Shown one piece after another: positions 1 through 8,302 of a DNA stretch of 64,000 bases. A model generated the notes under the pieces. That model did not search any database. It saw only the letters and a program-made list of their open reading frames with translations, and was not told the DNA's origin. Positions within the stretch are counted from its first letter, which is position 1, and every line of letters starts with the position of its first letter. The stretch comes from an uncultured Verrucomicrobiae bacterium (GTDB taxonomy: Bacteria; Verrucomicrobiota; Verrucomicrobiia; Chthoniobacterales; JAATET01). Both the position numbers and the translations under genes were made by a program. Location of the stretch: the NCBI GenBank assembly GCA_963719495.1, contig CAVRCI010000005.1:96001-160000 (forward strand), given 5' to 3'.

Positions 1-1
1 T

Positions 2-1522
2 GCCGGTGCGTCAACGGGGGAGACGGACGCGCCGGTCAAACGCAACGAGGCTCAGATGAATGCGTCCCTCGGCGAATATTTTAGGCTTCATGGCCACGGG
101 AACGTTCCAACGGGTTGGCCCGCCGATCCCGCGTTGGGCCGATGGGTGACCCAGCAACGGCAAGCTCGGAAGAGCGGGAAACTCTCTGGTGACCAGATTG
201 CCAACTTGGAATCGAAAGGCGTCGACTGGTGTCGCGAAGACATCGTCTGGAACGCCAGACTACGAGAATACCGCGCAGCGAAAAACGCTCAACGCCGGAT
301 GGCGAGGGGCGGCAAAGAACCTAAACTCTCACAGCGAATTGAAAGCTGGATCGCAACTCAGCGAAAAAAACGAAAACAAACGCGTTTATCGGAATTCCAA
401 ATCGAGCGGCTCGACGCTATCGGGTTCGACTGGACGCCCGATTTTGGCGAATGGCACGTGAGATTTGAGGAACTTAAAAAGTTCAAACAGGCAGAAGGTC
501 ATTGTCGAGTTCCGCAAATCTGGAGCGAGAACGGGAAACTTGGTCGATGGGTGAGCACTCAGCGCCAAAAACTCAAAAGGGGGAGATTGTCCGAACAACA
601 CCGATCGAAACTTGAGTCCGTGGGATTCGAGTGGGACCTGAGCGGAGCCAGAACGGGTTCTGCGAGATCGGACTGGGATACAAAGTTCGACCTCCTCCGA
701 ACTTTTTTCGAGGCAAGCGGTCATTCGAAGGTCCCGCAATCAGCAACCGCCTACCTGTCGCTCGGAAAATGGGTTTCGCGGCAGCGCGGCAAGCGGCGCC
801 GCGGGACATTGTCACCAACGCGGATCGCCCAGCTCAACGGCTTGAACTTCGACTGGAATCTAATCGATCAGCCGATTGAAAATTCCACAGCCCGACTTTC
901 GTCGAATGATTCATGGAACAAAATGCTCGCCGCGCTCCTCGCCTATCGAGACGAGCACGGCGATTGTCTTGTCCCTCTCCACTACGCCGCCAACCCAGCG
1001 CTTGGGCGCTGGGTTGGCAAAGTCAGACAGTCACACAAACGGGAAGCATTCTCACCCGAAAAAACCGCAGCCCTATCCGCAATTGGATTTAAATGGGTTC
1101 CCCTCGACCTTCGCTGGGAAGCAATGTTCGAAGAACTCATTCAGTTCGGATCAAAAAAAGGCCACCTGGACGTTCCTCAGCAGTATCCAGAGAATCAAAA
1201 ACTCTCGAGTTGGGTCTATCACCAACGCAACGAATTCCGGATCAAGCGACCGTTCTTCATGGCACAACGCGCCGGAAAACTCGAATCGATTGGTTTTAAG
1301 TGGAAGCTGGTCGAGACAATTGGCTGGGACGGAATGTTCGAGCGCCTCGTGCAGTTCAAAGAGCGCCACGGCCACTGCAGCGTGCCACAAAAATCCACTG
1401 AGGATCGAAGACTTGGAAAGTGGGTCAATTCGCAAAGGACATTTCACTACCGCGGCACGCTTAGCCCTGACCGAGTCGACCGACTTGACAGCATCGGCTT
1501 TGCGTGGTCGGCAAAAGCATAG
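2..1522 (+). CDS. Helicase-associated (HA) domain repeat protein, about 7 repeats; probably 5'-partial
   Basis: Repeated W..F..L..F....GH..VP......LG.WV..QR......L...RI..L..IGF.W units. The frame is open from the window edge; first ATG at 56. Confidence 0.8.
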   Translation, partial: AGASTGETDAPVKRNEAQMNASLGEYFRLHGHGNVPTGWPADPALGRWVTQQRQARKSGKLSGDQIANLESKGVDWCREDIVWNARLREYRAAKNAQRRMARGGKEPKLSQRIESWIATQRKKRKQTRLSEFQIERLDAIGFDWTPDFGEWHVRFEELKKFKQAEGHCRVPQIWSENGKLGRWVSTQRQKLKRGRLSEQHRSKLESVGFEWDLSGARTGSARSDWDTKFDLLRTFFEASGHSKVPQSATAYLSLGKWVSRQRGKRRRGTLSPTRIAQLNGLNFDWNLIDQPIENSTARLSSNDSWNKMLAALLAYRDEHGDCLVPLHYAANPALGRWVGKVRQSHKREAFSPEKTAALSAIGFKWVPLDLRWEAMFEELIQFGSKKGHLDVPQQYPENQKLSSWVYHQRNEFRIKRPFFMAQRAGKLESIGFKWKLVETIGWDGMFERLVQFKERHGHCSVPQKSTEDRRLGKWVNSQRTFHYRGTLSPDRVDRLDSIGFAWSAKA

Positions 1523-1554
1523 TAGTCACAGCCCTCCGACCAAACGCTAATCCG

Positions 1555-1943
1555 TCAAAGAATTTTCGTCCCCGACAGGCGGGCTTCGGCTTTCTCGAAG
1601 GTCAGCGATCGACAATCACGACCGCAGGCTTCCGCGTGCATGATGCGATCCACAAAACCCGGTTTCGCGGACGCTAGATTGGGGGTCGCCTGGATCACCG
1701 GAAGAGCAAAGCCGAGCGGTTCCACGTCTCCGCTTTCCAGCAGCGATTACAGAGCCCCGAGCGCTTCCGCCTTCGGGACCGAGTAGTGGGTCTGGATGGC
1801 AAAGTAGGTCTCCACGATGACAATGTGGGCCGATCGCCCCGGCGGAGGCAGCTCTCCAACTCCTCCCGAGCTTTGATGGCTTGATCGGGAGGTTCTTCCG
1901 TCAAGAGTCGCACGATGAAGGTCGTGTCGAGACAGGATTTCAT
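1555..1943 (-). pseudogene. PIN/VapC-type toxin pseudogene (frameshift near 1830, premature TAA at 1747-1749)
   Basis: ATG at 1943 overlaps the antitoxin stop (ATGA) and gives MKSCLDTTFIVRLL. After a frame change it reads IVETYFAIQTHY...GAL*SLLESG...PGFVDRIMH...LTFEK...KIL*. Confidence 0.75.
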
Positions 1944-2209
1944 CCCACCGCTTCGTTGGCCATGGCCCGCCCCGCAGAATCTCCGTGTTTCTCGCGGCTC
2001 CACGGTTCCTTCGCGCTTCTGGAATACTTCCGGAGTGAACCGATCCACGGGGATCGGCGTTTGACCCGTGGCTTCAGCACCCAGACCGTTTCGCCCCCGT
2101 GACGCCGAGGATGCAATTCCATCGAATCCCCGGACCCGACTCCAAGCGCTTCGCACACCTCGACCGGGAATGTGGCCTGGCGCTTCGCAGTCAGTTTGAT
2201 TGTTGCCAT
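1940..2209 (-). CDS. AbrB/MazE/SpoVT-family antitoxin
   Basis: MATIKLTAKRQATFPVEVCEALGVGSGD is a swapped-hairpin signature; lies directly upstream of a PIN gene. Confidence 0.75.
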   Translation of the reverse strand: MATIKLTAKRQATFPVEVCEALGVGSGDSMELHPRRHGGETVWVLKPRVKRRSPWIGSLRKYSRSAKEPWSREKHGDSAGRAMANEAVG

Positions 2210-2228
2210 CCATCACCAACACCACGGA

Positions 2229-2257
2229 CGCCTTACCCACCAACCAATGGTAAGGCG
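2229..2257. promoter_or_regulatory. Inverted repeat, putative antitoxin operator
   Basis: Perfect 9-bp arms CGCCTTACC-N11-GGTAAGGCG, 20 bp upstream of the antitoxin start. Confidence 0.45.
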
Positions 2258-2488
2258 GACCCATCAGAGCTCCCGCCGAGGCTCGCGGGGACGCGCGCCC
2301 TCCGAAAGCAACAGCCGCAGTCCCAATTCGCGTTCATTCGCGTCCATTCGCGGTTCCATTTCTCTGCCTCGGACAAAATGCAACACCCCTGAAACCTGCG
2401 AATGACGAGGAACAGAATTCACGCTACGTTCCTCCACCCGTATCCCATTCGCGCCAATTCGCGTGTTTCGCGGGCAACCTCACCCTTC

Positions 2489-3097
2489 ATGAATTTCCTA
2501 AAGCCAGTCCTCTGGGGCAACACCGTCGCCCTCTCGTGGATGTGGGGCCTCGGCCTCTTCTTCTCCGTCCAGTTCACCCAGCAATTCGGCATCCTCGGGC
2601 TCCTCATGTTCGCCATCCCGAATTTCCTCGGTCTCATGGCCTTCGGACTCGTCACGCAGATCATCGCGAACCGCCAGCCCGGCACCGATTCTCTCAACGC
2701 CTTCTTCACCACTTGGTCCCGACCCTTCCGCCTCGTCTTCTTCCTCTACCAGCTCCTCGCGATCACGCTCACGATCTTCGCGTTCATCCACTACGTCTGG
2801 CAGCCTCTCGGTCTCCAACCCGCCGTCCTCTTCCTCCCGCTCACGCTCCTCATCATCCTCGCCGCCGCCGTCCTGTTCGGGGAGGAATTCGACATCCGCC
2901 GCATCAAATACTCGCACGGCGTCCTGTTCGCCATCGCCCTCGTCGCCATTCTCGTCCTCATCTTCGGTCGCGACGAATTTTACAACCTCTCGTCGCTCCT
3001 CCCCGGTCGCCTCCCCGCCGACGACCTCAGCTTCTGGGGCTACGTCGTCCCGATCACCATCGGCTTCCTCGTCGGCCCCTGGCTCGATCTCCAGCAA
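2489..3097 (+). pseudogene. Polytopic membrane protein (transporter-like), truncated at the 3' end by the repeat element
   Basis: Multiple TM helices and host-like codon bias up to ...GPWLDLQQ, then an abrupt switch into GAGAAGGGGTCA repeats. Confidence 0.65.
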
Positions 3098-3696
3098 GAG
3101 AAGGGGTCAGAGAAGGGGTCAGTCCGTGCATTGGTTCAGAGAAGGGGTCAGTCCGTGCATTGGTTCAGATTTTCGGTTTTCGGTCGTAGCCACATCTGCA
3201 GATTACACTTCTGAACCAATGAACGGACTGACCTCTTCCCTGAACCCATGAACGGACTGACCTCTTCCCTTTGCGCATTCCTACCGAAAACCCGCTTAAA
3301 ACAGTGGCATTCGGGTCAGTCCGTTCATCGGAAGGGGGCAGGCAAACAATTGAGAAAGCAAATATGTCAATAGGAATGACCTCTTTTCGACCCCATTTTT
3401 CCAGCCAGAGCGGCGGAGAAGGGGTCAGTCCGGAGAAGGGGTCAGTCCGTGCATTGGTTCAGATTTTCGGTTTTCGGTCGTAGCCACATCTGCAGATTAC
3501 ACTTCTGAACCAATGAACGGACTGACCTCTTCCCCGGACTGACCTCTTCCCTTTGCGCATTCCTACCGAAAACCCGCTTAAAACAGTGGCATTCGGGTCA
3601 GTCCGTTCATCGGAAGGGGGCAGGCAAACAATTGAGAAAGCAAATACGTCAATAGGAATGACCTCTTTTCGACCCCATTTTTCCAGCCAGAGCGGC
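3098..3696. repeat. Duplicated REP/MITE-like hairpin element (102-bp core with ~31-bp inverted arms) with nested end duplications
   Basis: Cores at 3139-3240 and 3433-3534 with arms GAGAAGGGGTCAGTCCGTGCATTGGTTCAGA / TCTGAACCAATGAACGGACTGACCTCTTCCC; the ~145 bp downstream is also duplicated. Confidence 0.9.
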
Positions 3697-4067
3697 GTCC
3701 CGCCGGACGGCGAGACGATCTTCCTCGGCGAGCAACGGCCCCCGCCCGACGTGGCATCGCGCGAGGCGTCGGCGCGACCGTAGCTCCGCGGCGCCAATCC
3801 CCACGTTCAGTCGCCGTGCCGAGGCGTGACTTCGAAACCGCGGTCATCGAAGCGCATCGACCAGCCTTGGCGTAAATTATGAGCGCTGAAGGCACCGTCA
3901 TCTCCCGCGCCCATCCAGTGACGTCCACGTTCGCGCGCTGCCAAAATCCCGTTCCAGTCATCGGCCGTGACCACCGTCGGACTGTCTCCGGACTTTGCAA
4001 AACTCGTTGAAGCAAGCAGCCCTCTAATCGTGAAGAAAAGGAGTAGGCGGACTGGATTATTCATCAC
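3682..4067 (-). pseudogene. N-terminal fragment of a secreted protein resembling the N-domain of FG-GAP repeat proteins; internal stop, truncated
   Basis: Signal-like N-terminus, then W.GI.AARE.GRH...AHNLRQGWSMRFDDRGF..TP..GD*TWGL..RSYG. The TGA at 3807-3809 is probably a former TGG. Ends at the repeat element. Confidence 0.5.
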
Positions 4068-4259
4068 CGAGTAAAACCATCCGCGTCAAATCACGATCAC
4101 TTGCAACAAAGTGGAACGCACGTGGCAGCGCGCTTCCAGCCGATGATCAATCCAAACGCGAAAGCGCTGACTCCCTCGGCTTGGTCCGCCGGGCTGATCG
4201 GCCATTTCTTGAGGGTCCCGTCTCCTCGTTTTCGATCAAGTCGTTCCGGACCCCAAGTT

Positions 4260-4712
4260 TCAGGGTGCCTCCGAGAATCCGGCGGCGGCTGCGAGCTTCC
4301 TTTGGCGTTGGTCGAAGGAGAGAAAGACGGTCGCACCAGATTCGAGGGCGATGGCAACGTGGAGGAGGTCGATGGTCCGCTGACCCGAGACCGCGGCGTA
4401 TTTTTCGCTCAATTCGTCGGCTCGACGGAAGGCGTCGGTCCAAGTGACCGGGTGGTGAACCAAGAGGCCTTCGCGCAGGTCTTCGTCGATCCGGCTGAAC
4501 GCGACTTTCTGTTCGGATGGGTCGATTGCGCCTCGCGCCGCCAAATTGCGAAGCGCGTTCCGCACTTCAATCCGGTGGAGCGGGGTGAAAAGCAACGGCT
4601 CCTCCCTTTGTACCATGCAACCGACCGCATCAGCGGTGCGGCTGTCCCGGGAGATCAACGAAATCAGGAAACTCGAATCGGCGTAGGTGAGGCCAGCCAC
4701 GTCGGTCGTCAA
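4260..4712 (-). CDS. vapC: PIN/VapC-family toxin (start TTG 4712 or GTG 4700)
   Basis: YADSSFLISL...E.RNA...RTIDLLHVAIALE...FLSFDQRQRKLA PIN motifs; coupled to the upstream antitoxin. Confidence 0.85.
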   Translation of the reverse strand: MTTDVAGLTYADSSFLISLISRDSRTADAVGCMVQREEPLLFTPLHRIEVRNALRNLAARGAIDPSEQKVAFSRIDEDLREGLLVHHPVTWTDAFRRADELSEKYAAVSGQRTIDLLHVAIALESGATVFLSFDQRQRKLAAAAGFSEAP

Positions 4713-4948
4713 TCGCGCAAGTCCGACCAGAGTTGCTCCGTCGCCTCGGTCGACAGGCCCCTGCCGATCGGTGGAAAAGTTTTCAACCGTGCGGCCCAAT
4801 CGACTTTGCGCGCCTCGACGTGCTTCATCGGGGCGAGGGTGGCGAATTCCGCTCCGTTCCGCGTGATCGTGACCGGCTCCCCAAATTCGATCCACTTCGC
4901 GACATCAGCGAAATGGTTTCGAAGGTCACGAACGGTGGCGGTTTTCAT
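4709..4948 (-). CDS. Phd/YefM-family antitoxin
   Basis: MKTATVRDLRNHFADVAKWIEFGEPVTITRNG signature. Confidence 0.85.
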   Translation of the reverse strand: MKTATVRDLRNHFADVAKWIEFGEPVTITRNGAEFATLAPMKHVEARKVDWAARLKTFPPIGRGLSTEATEQLWSDLRD

Positions 4949-5134
4949 CGTTAGACACGATTTGTATCACCGCGGAAGGAAGTCACCCGCAATGGCAACG
5001 GGTCGAGCCAGCGGACTGCAATTCTGCAGCAAGTTCGCTGGGCGAATCTTCACGCTGGACGATTCAAACCCCTCCAGCGACGAGCCACCGATCCGGCGGC
5101 CATTGCAAGCCGCCGCGCCGGAGTGAATCGACCC

Positions 5135-5182
5135 AAATGCGAAAGCGCTGACTTCCATTCAGGAATCAGCGCTTCGCAATTT
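5135..5182. terminator. Hairpin downstream of the aldolase/dehydrogenase gene, possible terminator
   Basis: AAATGCGAAAGCGCTGACTTCC-ATTCA-GGAATCAGCGCTTCGCAATTT imperfect inverted repeat. Confidence 0.4.
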
Positions 5183-5249
5183 GTTGAAGATCGGCTGGAA
5201 GCCGGAGCGCAGCGGAGACCGCCGAAGGCAACCTGATTCGACGGGGCTT

Positions 5250-7439
5250 CTACCGGAGGAAGGCCTCGTGGAGGCCGCCGTCGACCGTGATGACCTGGCC
5301 GGTCGTCTTGCTCAGGCGCTTGCTCACCAGCAGGAAGTAGGCCTCGGCTTGGTCCGCCGGGGTGATCGGGCTCTTGGTCAGCGTGCGGTCGGCGTAGAAT
5401 TGCGCGAGCTTCGTTACGAGCGATTCGGTCTCCTCGTCTTCGGTGTAGTCGATTTTGTATTTCGCGAGCGATCCGATCACTCGGTCGCGTGGGAACATCG
5501 CGGAACCCTGGACGACGGTCGCCGGCGCAACGCCGTTGACGCGAACGAGCGGCGAGAGCTCCATCGCGAGTTCGCGGACGAGGTGATTCGCGGCGGCCTT
5601 CGAGGTGTCGTAGGCGACGCTGCCCTTCTTCGCGACGGCGGCGTTCGCACTGGTCGTGAGGACGAGGTTGCCGGTGAGACCCTGCTCTTTCCAGGTTTTG
5701 AACGCCTCGTTGGCGACGAAGTAGCTGCCGCTCACGTTGATCGAGAACGTCAACGCCCACTTCTCATCGGGGATGTTTCCGCTCGTGTCGCTCGGGACGA
5801 AAATCCCCGCCGTCACGCAGATGTGATCGAACCCGCCGTAGGCCAGCGCGACCTGATCCAGCATCGTGCGAATGCTCGCCCGGTCGGTGATGTTCGCGCC
5901 GAACCCGATGGCCGGACCGCAGCCGCTGACCCCCGTGCCGGCGACGCCGATGCCCTGCCCGTAGGCGTCGGTGATTTCCTTGGCCGTGGCCTGCGCGGCT
6001 TCCGCGTTGAGGTCGACGCAGACGATCTGCGCGCCTTCTTTCACGAGGCGGTGGGCGGTTTCCTTCCCGATGCCACTGCCCGCGCCGATGACGACAACGA
6101 TCTGGCGGGCGAGTTCTTTTTCAGCAGGCATGCGCTGGAGTTTCGCTTCCTCGAGGAGCCAATATTCGATGTCGAACGCTTCCTGCTGCGGGAGCGCGAT
6201 GTATTCGTCGATGGCTTCGGCACCGCGCATCACTTCAACGGCGCAGTTGTAAAATTCGGCCGTCACGCGGGACTCCGACTTGTCCTTGCCCCAAGCGATC
6301 AGGCCGAGGCCGGGGATGAGGACGACCGTTGGGTTCGGGTCGCGCATCGCCGGGGAATTGTCGTGTTTGCACTTCTCGTAGTAGGCGGCGTAGTCGTCGC
6401 GGTAGGCGGCTAGGCCGTCTTCGAGTAACTTTTTGAGGCCGTCGAGGTCGCCGGTCGTGGGGTCCCAATCGACGTAGAGCGGCTTGATCTTCGTCCGCAG
6501 GAAGTGGTCGGGGCAGCTCGTGCCGAGCTCGGCGAGACGCTCGGCGTCGTTCGAATTCACAAAGCGCAGGATCTTCTCGTCGTCCTGGATCGTGCCGACG
6601 AAACGCTTCTGCTGGGAGACGCGACCGCGCAGCCACGGCGCAATGGCCGCGAAAATCTCAGCCCGCTTCGCCTCGTCAAGGGATTGGTATTTCGACCCGC
6701 CGAAGGCCTTGGCGTCACCACCCTTGGCCTCGTATTTCTTCTCGATGAATACGGACGCCGTCTCGATGAATCGCAGCGTCTCGTCGTAGCATTTCTTGTC
6801 GTCGTCGTCCCACGAAATGAACCCGTGCTGGCCCATCATGATGGCTTTCACGCTGGGGTTCGCTCGTTCGATCTCCTGCATGGCGAGACCGAGTTCGAAG
6901 CCGGGGCGCATCCATTCGACGTAAGCCATTTCGCCGCCGAAGATTTCCTTCGTCAGCTCCTCGCAACGCCGACTCGCCGCGATGGCGATCACCGCGTTCG
7001 GGTGCATGTGGTCGACGTGTTTGCCGGACAGAAAACTGTGGAGCGGCGTGTCGATGGACGACGGGCGCGGATTGAGATTGAAGGTCGTGTGGGTATACAT
7101 GCCGACCATCTCGTCCTCGGCGGGCGTCTTGAGACCCTTGTCGGCGCGGGCGGCGTAGAGCGGCTGCAGCGCGAACAATTTATCCTGACAGAGCGACGAA
7201 AAATTCTCGCGCTTGGACGTGCGCAGATCGCCGCCGGATCCCTTGACCCAGAGGACCTCGGTCGTCTCGCCGGAGAGCGGGTCCGTTTCCATGATCTTCG
7301 ACGACGTGTTGCCGCCGCCGGTGTTGGTGATGCGCTGATCGGATCCGAGGAGGTTCGAGCGGTAAACGAGGCGACCGACGGGGTCGAGTTTGGCGGCTTC
7401 TTCGGCGTTCCAGCGGTAGTTAACGTAATTGGTGTTCAT
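5250..7439 (-). CDS. rhaD: Bifunctional rhamnulose-1-phosphate aldolase / short-chain dehydrogenase
   Basis: N-terminal class II aldolase (GGGNTS, SIDTPLH, DHMHP, CPDHFLRTK) and C-terminal SDR (GAGSGIG, YDTSK). Confidence 0.92.
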   Translation of the reverse strand: MNTNYVNYRWNAEEAAKLDPVGRLVYRSNLLGSDQRITNTGGGNTSSKIMETDPLSGETTEVLWVKGSGGDLRTSKRENFSSLCQDKLFALQPLYAARADKGLKTPAEDEMVGMYTHTTFNLNPRPSSIDTPLHSFLSGKHVDHMHPNAVIAIAASRRCEELTKEIFGGEMAYVEWMRPGFELGLAMQEIERANPSVKAIMMGQHGFISWDDDDKKCYDETLRFIETASVFIEKKYEAKGGDAKAFGGSKYQSLDEAKRAEIFAAIAPWLRGRVSQQKRFVGTIQDDEKILRFVNSNDAERLAELGTSCPDHFLRTKIKPLYVDWDPTTGDLDGLKKLLEDGLAAYRDDYAAYYEKCKHDNSPAMRDPNPTVVLIPGLGLIAWGKDKSESRVTAEFYNCAVEVMRGAEAIDEYIALPQQEAFDIEYWLLEEAKLQRMPAEKELARQIVVVIGAGSGIGKETAHRLVKEGAQIVCVDLNAEAAQATAKEITDAYGQGIGVAGTGVSGCGPAIGFGANITDRASIRTMLDQVALAYGGFDHICVTAGIFVPSDTSGNIPDEKWALTFSINVSGSYFVANEAFKTWKEQGLTGNLVLTTSANAAVAKKGSVAYDTSKAAANHLVRELAMELSPLVRVNGVAPATVVQGSAMFPRDRVIGSLAKYKIDYTEDEETESLVTKLAQFYADRTLTKSPITPADQAEAYFLLVSKRLSKTTGQVITVDGGLHEAFLR

Positions 7440-7534
7440 GTGGGAATTTCTGCGTTTGATTGGGGATTCGGGTCAGTAATGCGTTGACTCGGACTCGAAA
7501 GCAATCAAAAATCCACATTCTTCCTCGAAAAACC

Positions 7535-8302
7535 ATGCTCGCTCCCGAACGCCACCGCCGAATCCTCCAACTCGTTGGGACCCGCGGCAGCGTGCGCACG
7601 GCCGAGGTGGCCCGGTCGCTCAGCGTGACCGAAGAGACCGTTCGCCGGGACCTCGAGAAGCTGGAGACGGAGGGCAAACTCAACCGAACTCACGGAGGCG
7701 CGATGCGGGGTGAATCCGGGCGGCGGGACCTTCCGCTCACCAGCCGCGAGTCGATGAACATCGTCGAGAAGCGCGCCATCGCCCGGCACGCGCTCCGCCA
7801 CATCGAGACCGGCGACACCATTCTCCTCGACGCCAGTTCCACCGCGCTCGAACTCGCGCGCCTGCTTCCCGACTTACCCATCACGGTGCTGACCAACTCG
7901 CTCAAGATCGCGTTCGAACTCGCCGACCGCGATCAGTTGCGTCTCGTGATGATCGGCGGCGTCGTGGGTCCGACCTCACTCGCCTGCGTCGGGCCCCTCG
8001 CCGATCAGGCCATCGAGTGCTACAACGTCCAGAAGGCCTTCTTCTCCTGCCGCGGCGTCGACGCCACGCGCGGCCTCAGCGAATCGAACGACGAACAGGC
8101 CCGCTTCAAGCGCCGCCTCCTCGCCCTCTCCGAACGCAGCTACCTGTTGGCCGACCACACGAAGTTCTCGCTCAAGTCGTCCTTTTTCTTTGGCCAGGCT
8201 TCCGAGGCGGACATTCTCATCACCGACCAGGACCCGGCACCGGACTTCGCGACGGCGCTCCGAGCCGGAGGGGTCGAAATTCAAATCGCTTCTCCCGAAT
8301 GA
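7535..8302 (+). CDS. DeoR/GlpR-family transcriptional regulator (rhamnose regulon)
   Basis: VTEETVRRDLEKLE HTH, HGGA, DASST, LADHTKF; divergent from rhaD. Confidence 0.92.
   Translation: MLAPERHRRILQLVGTRGSVRTAEVARSLSVTEETVRRDLEKLETEGKLNRTHGGAMRGESGRRDLPLTSRESMNIVEKRAIARHALRHIETGDTILLDASSTALELARLLPDLPITVLTNSLKIAFELADRDQLRLVMIGGVVGPTSLACVGPLADQAIECYNVQKAFFSCRGVDATRGLSESNDEQARFKRRLLALSERSYLLADHTKFSLKSSFFFGQASEADILITDQDPAPDFATALRAGGVEIQIASPE

Noticed and set aside
3098..3696. CRISPR array
   Set aside because: Repeats are inverted and of variable length, the intervening sequences are duplicated rather than unique, and no cas genes are in the window.
3271..3783. Duplicated ~70-aa ORFs (MRIPTENPLK...)
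   Set aside because: TTG starts within the duplicated repeat DNA, no coding bias; by-products of the duplication.
4101..5126. 341-aa plus-strand ORF
   Set aside because: Antisense to the clearly recognisable Phd-PIN pair; no motifs.
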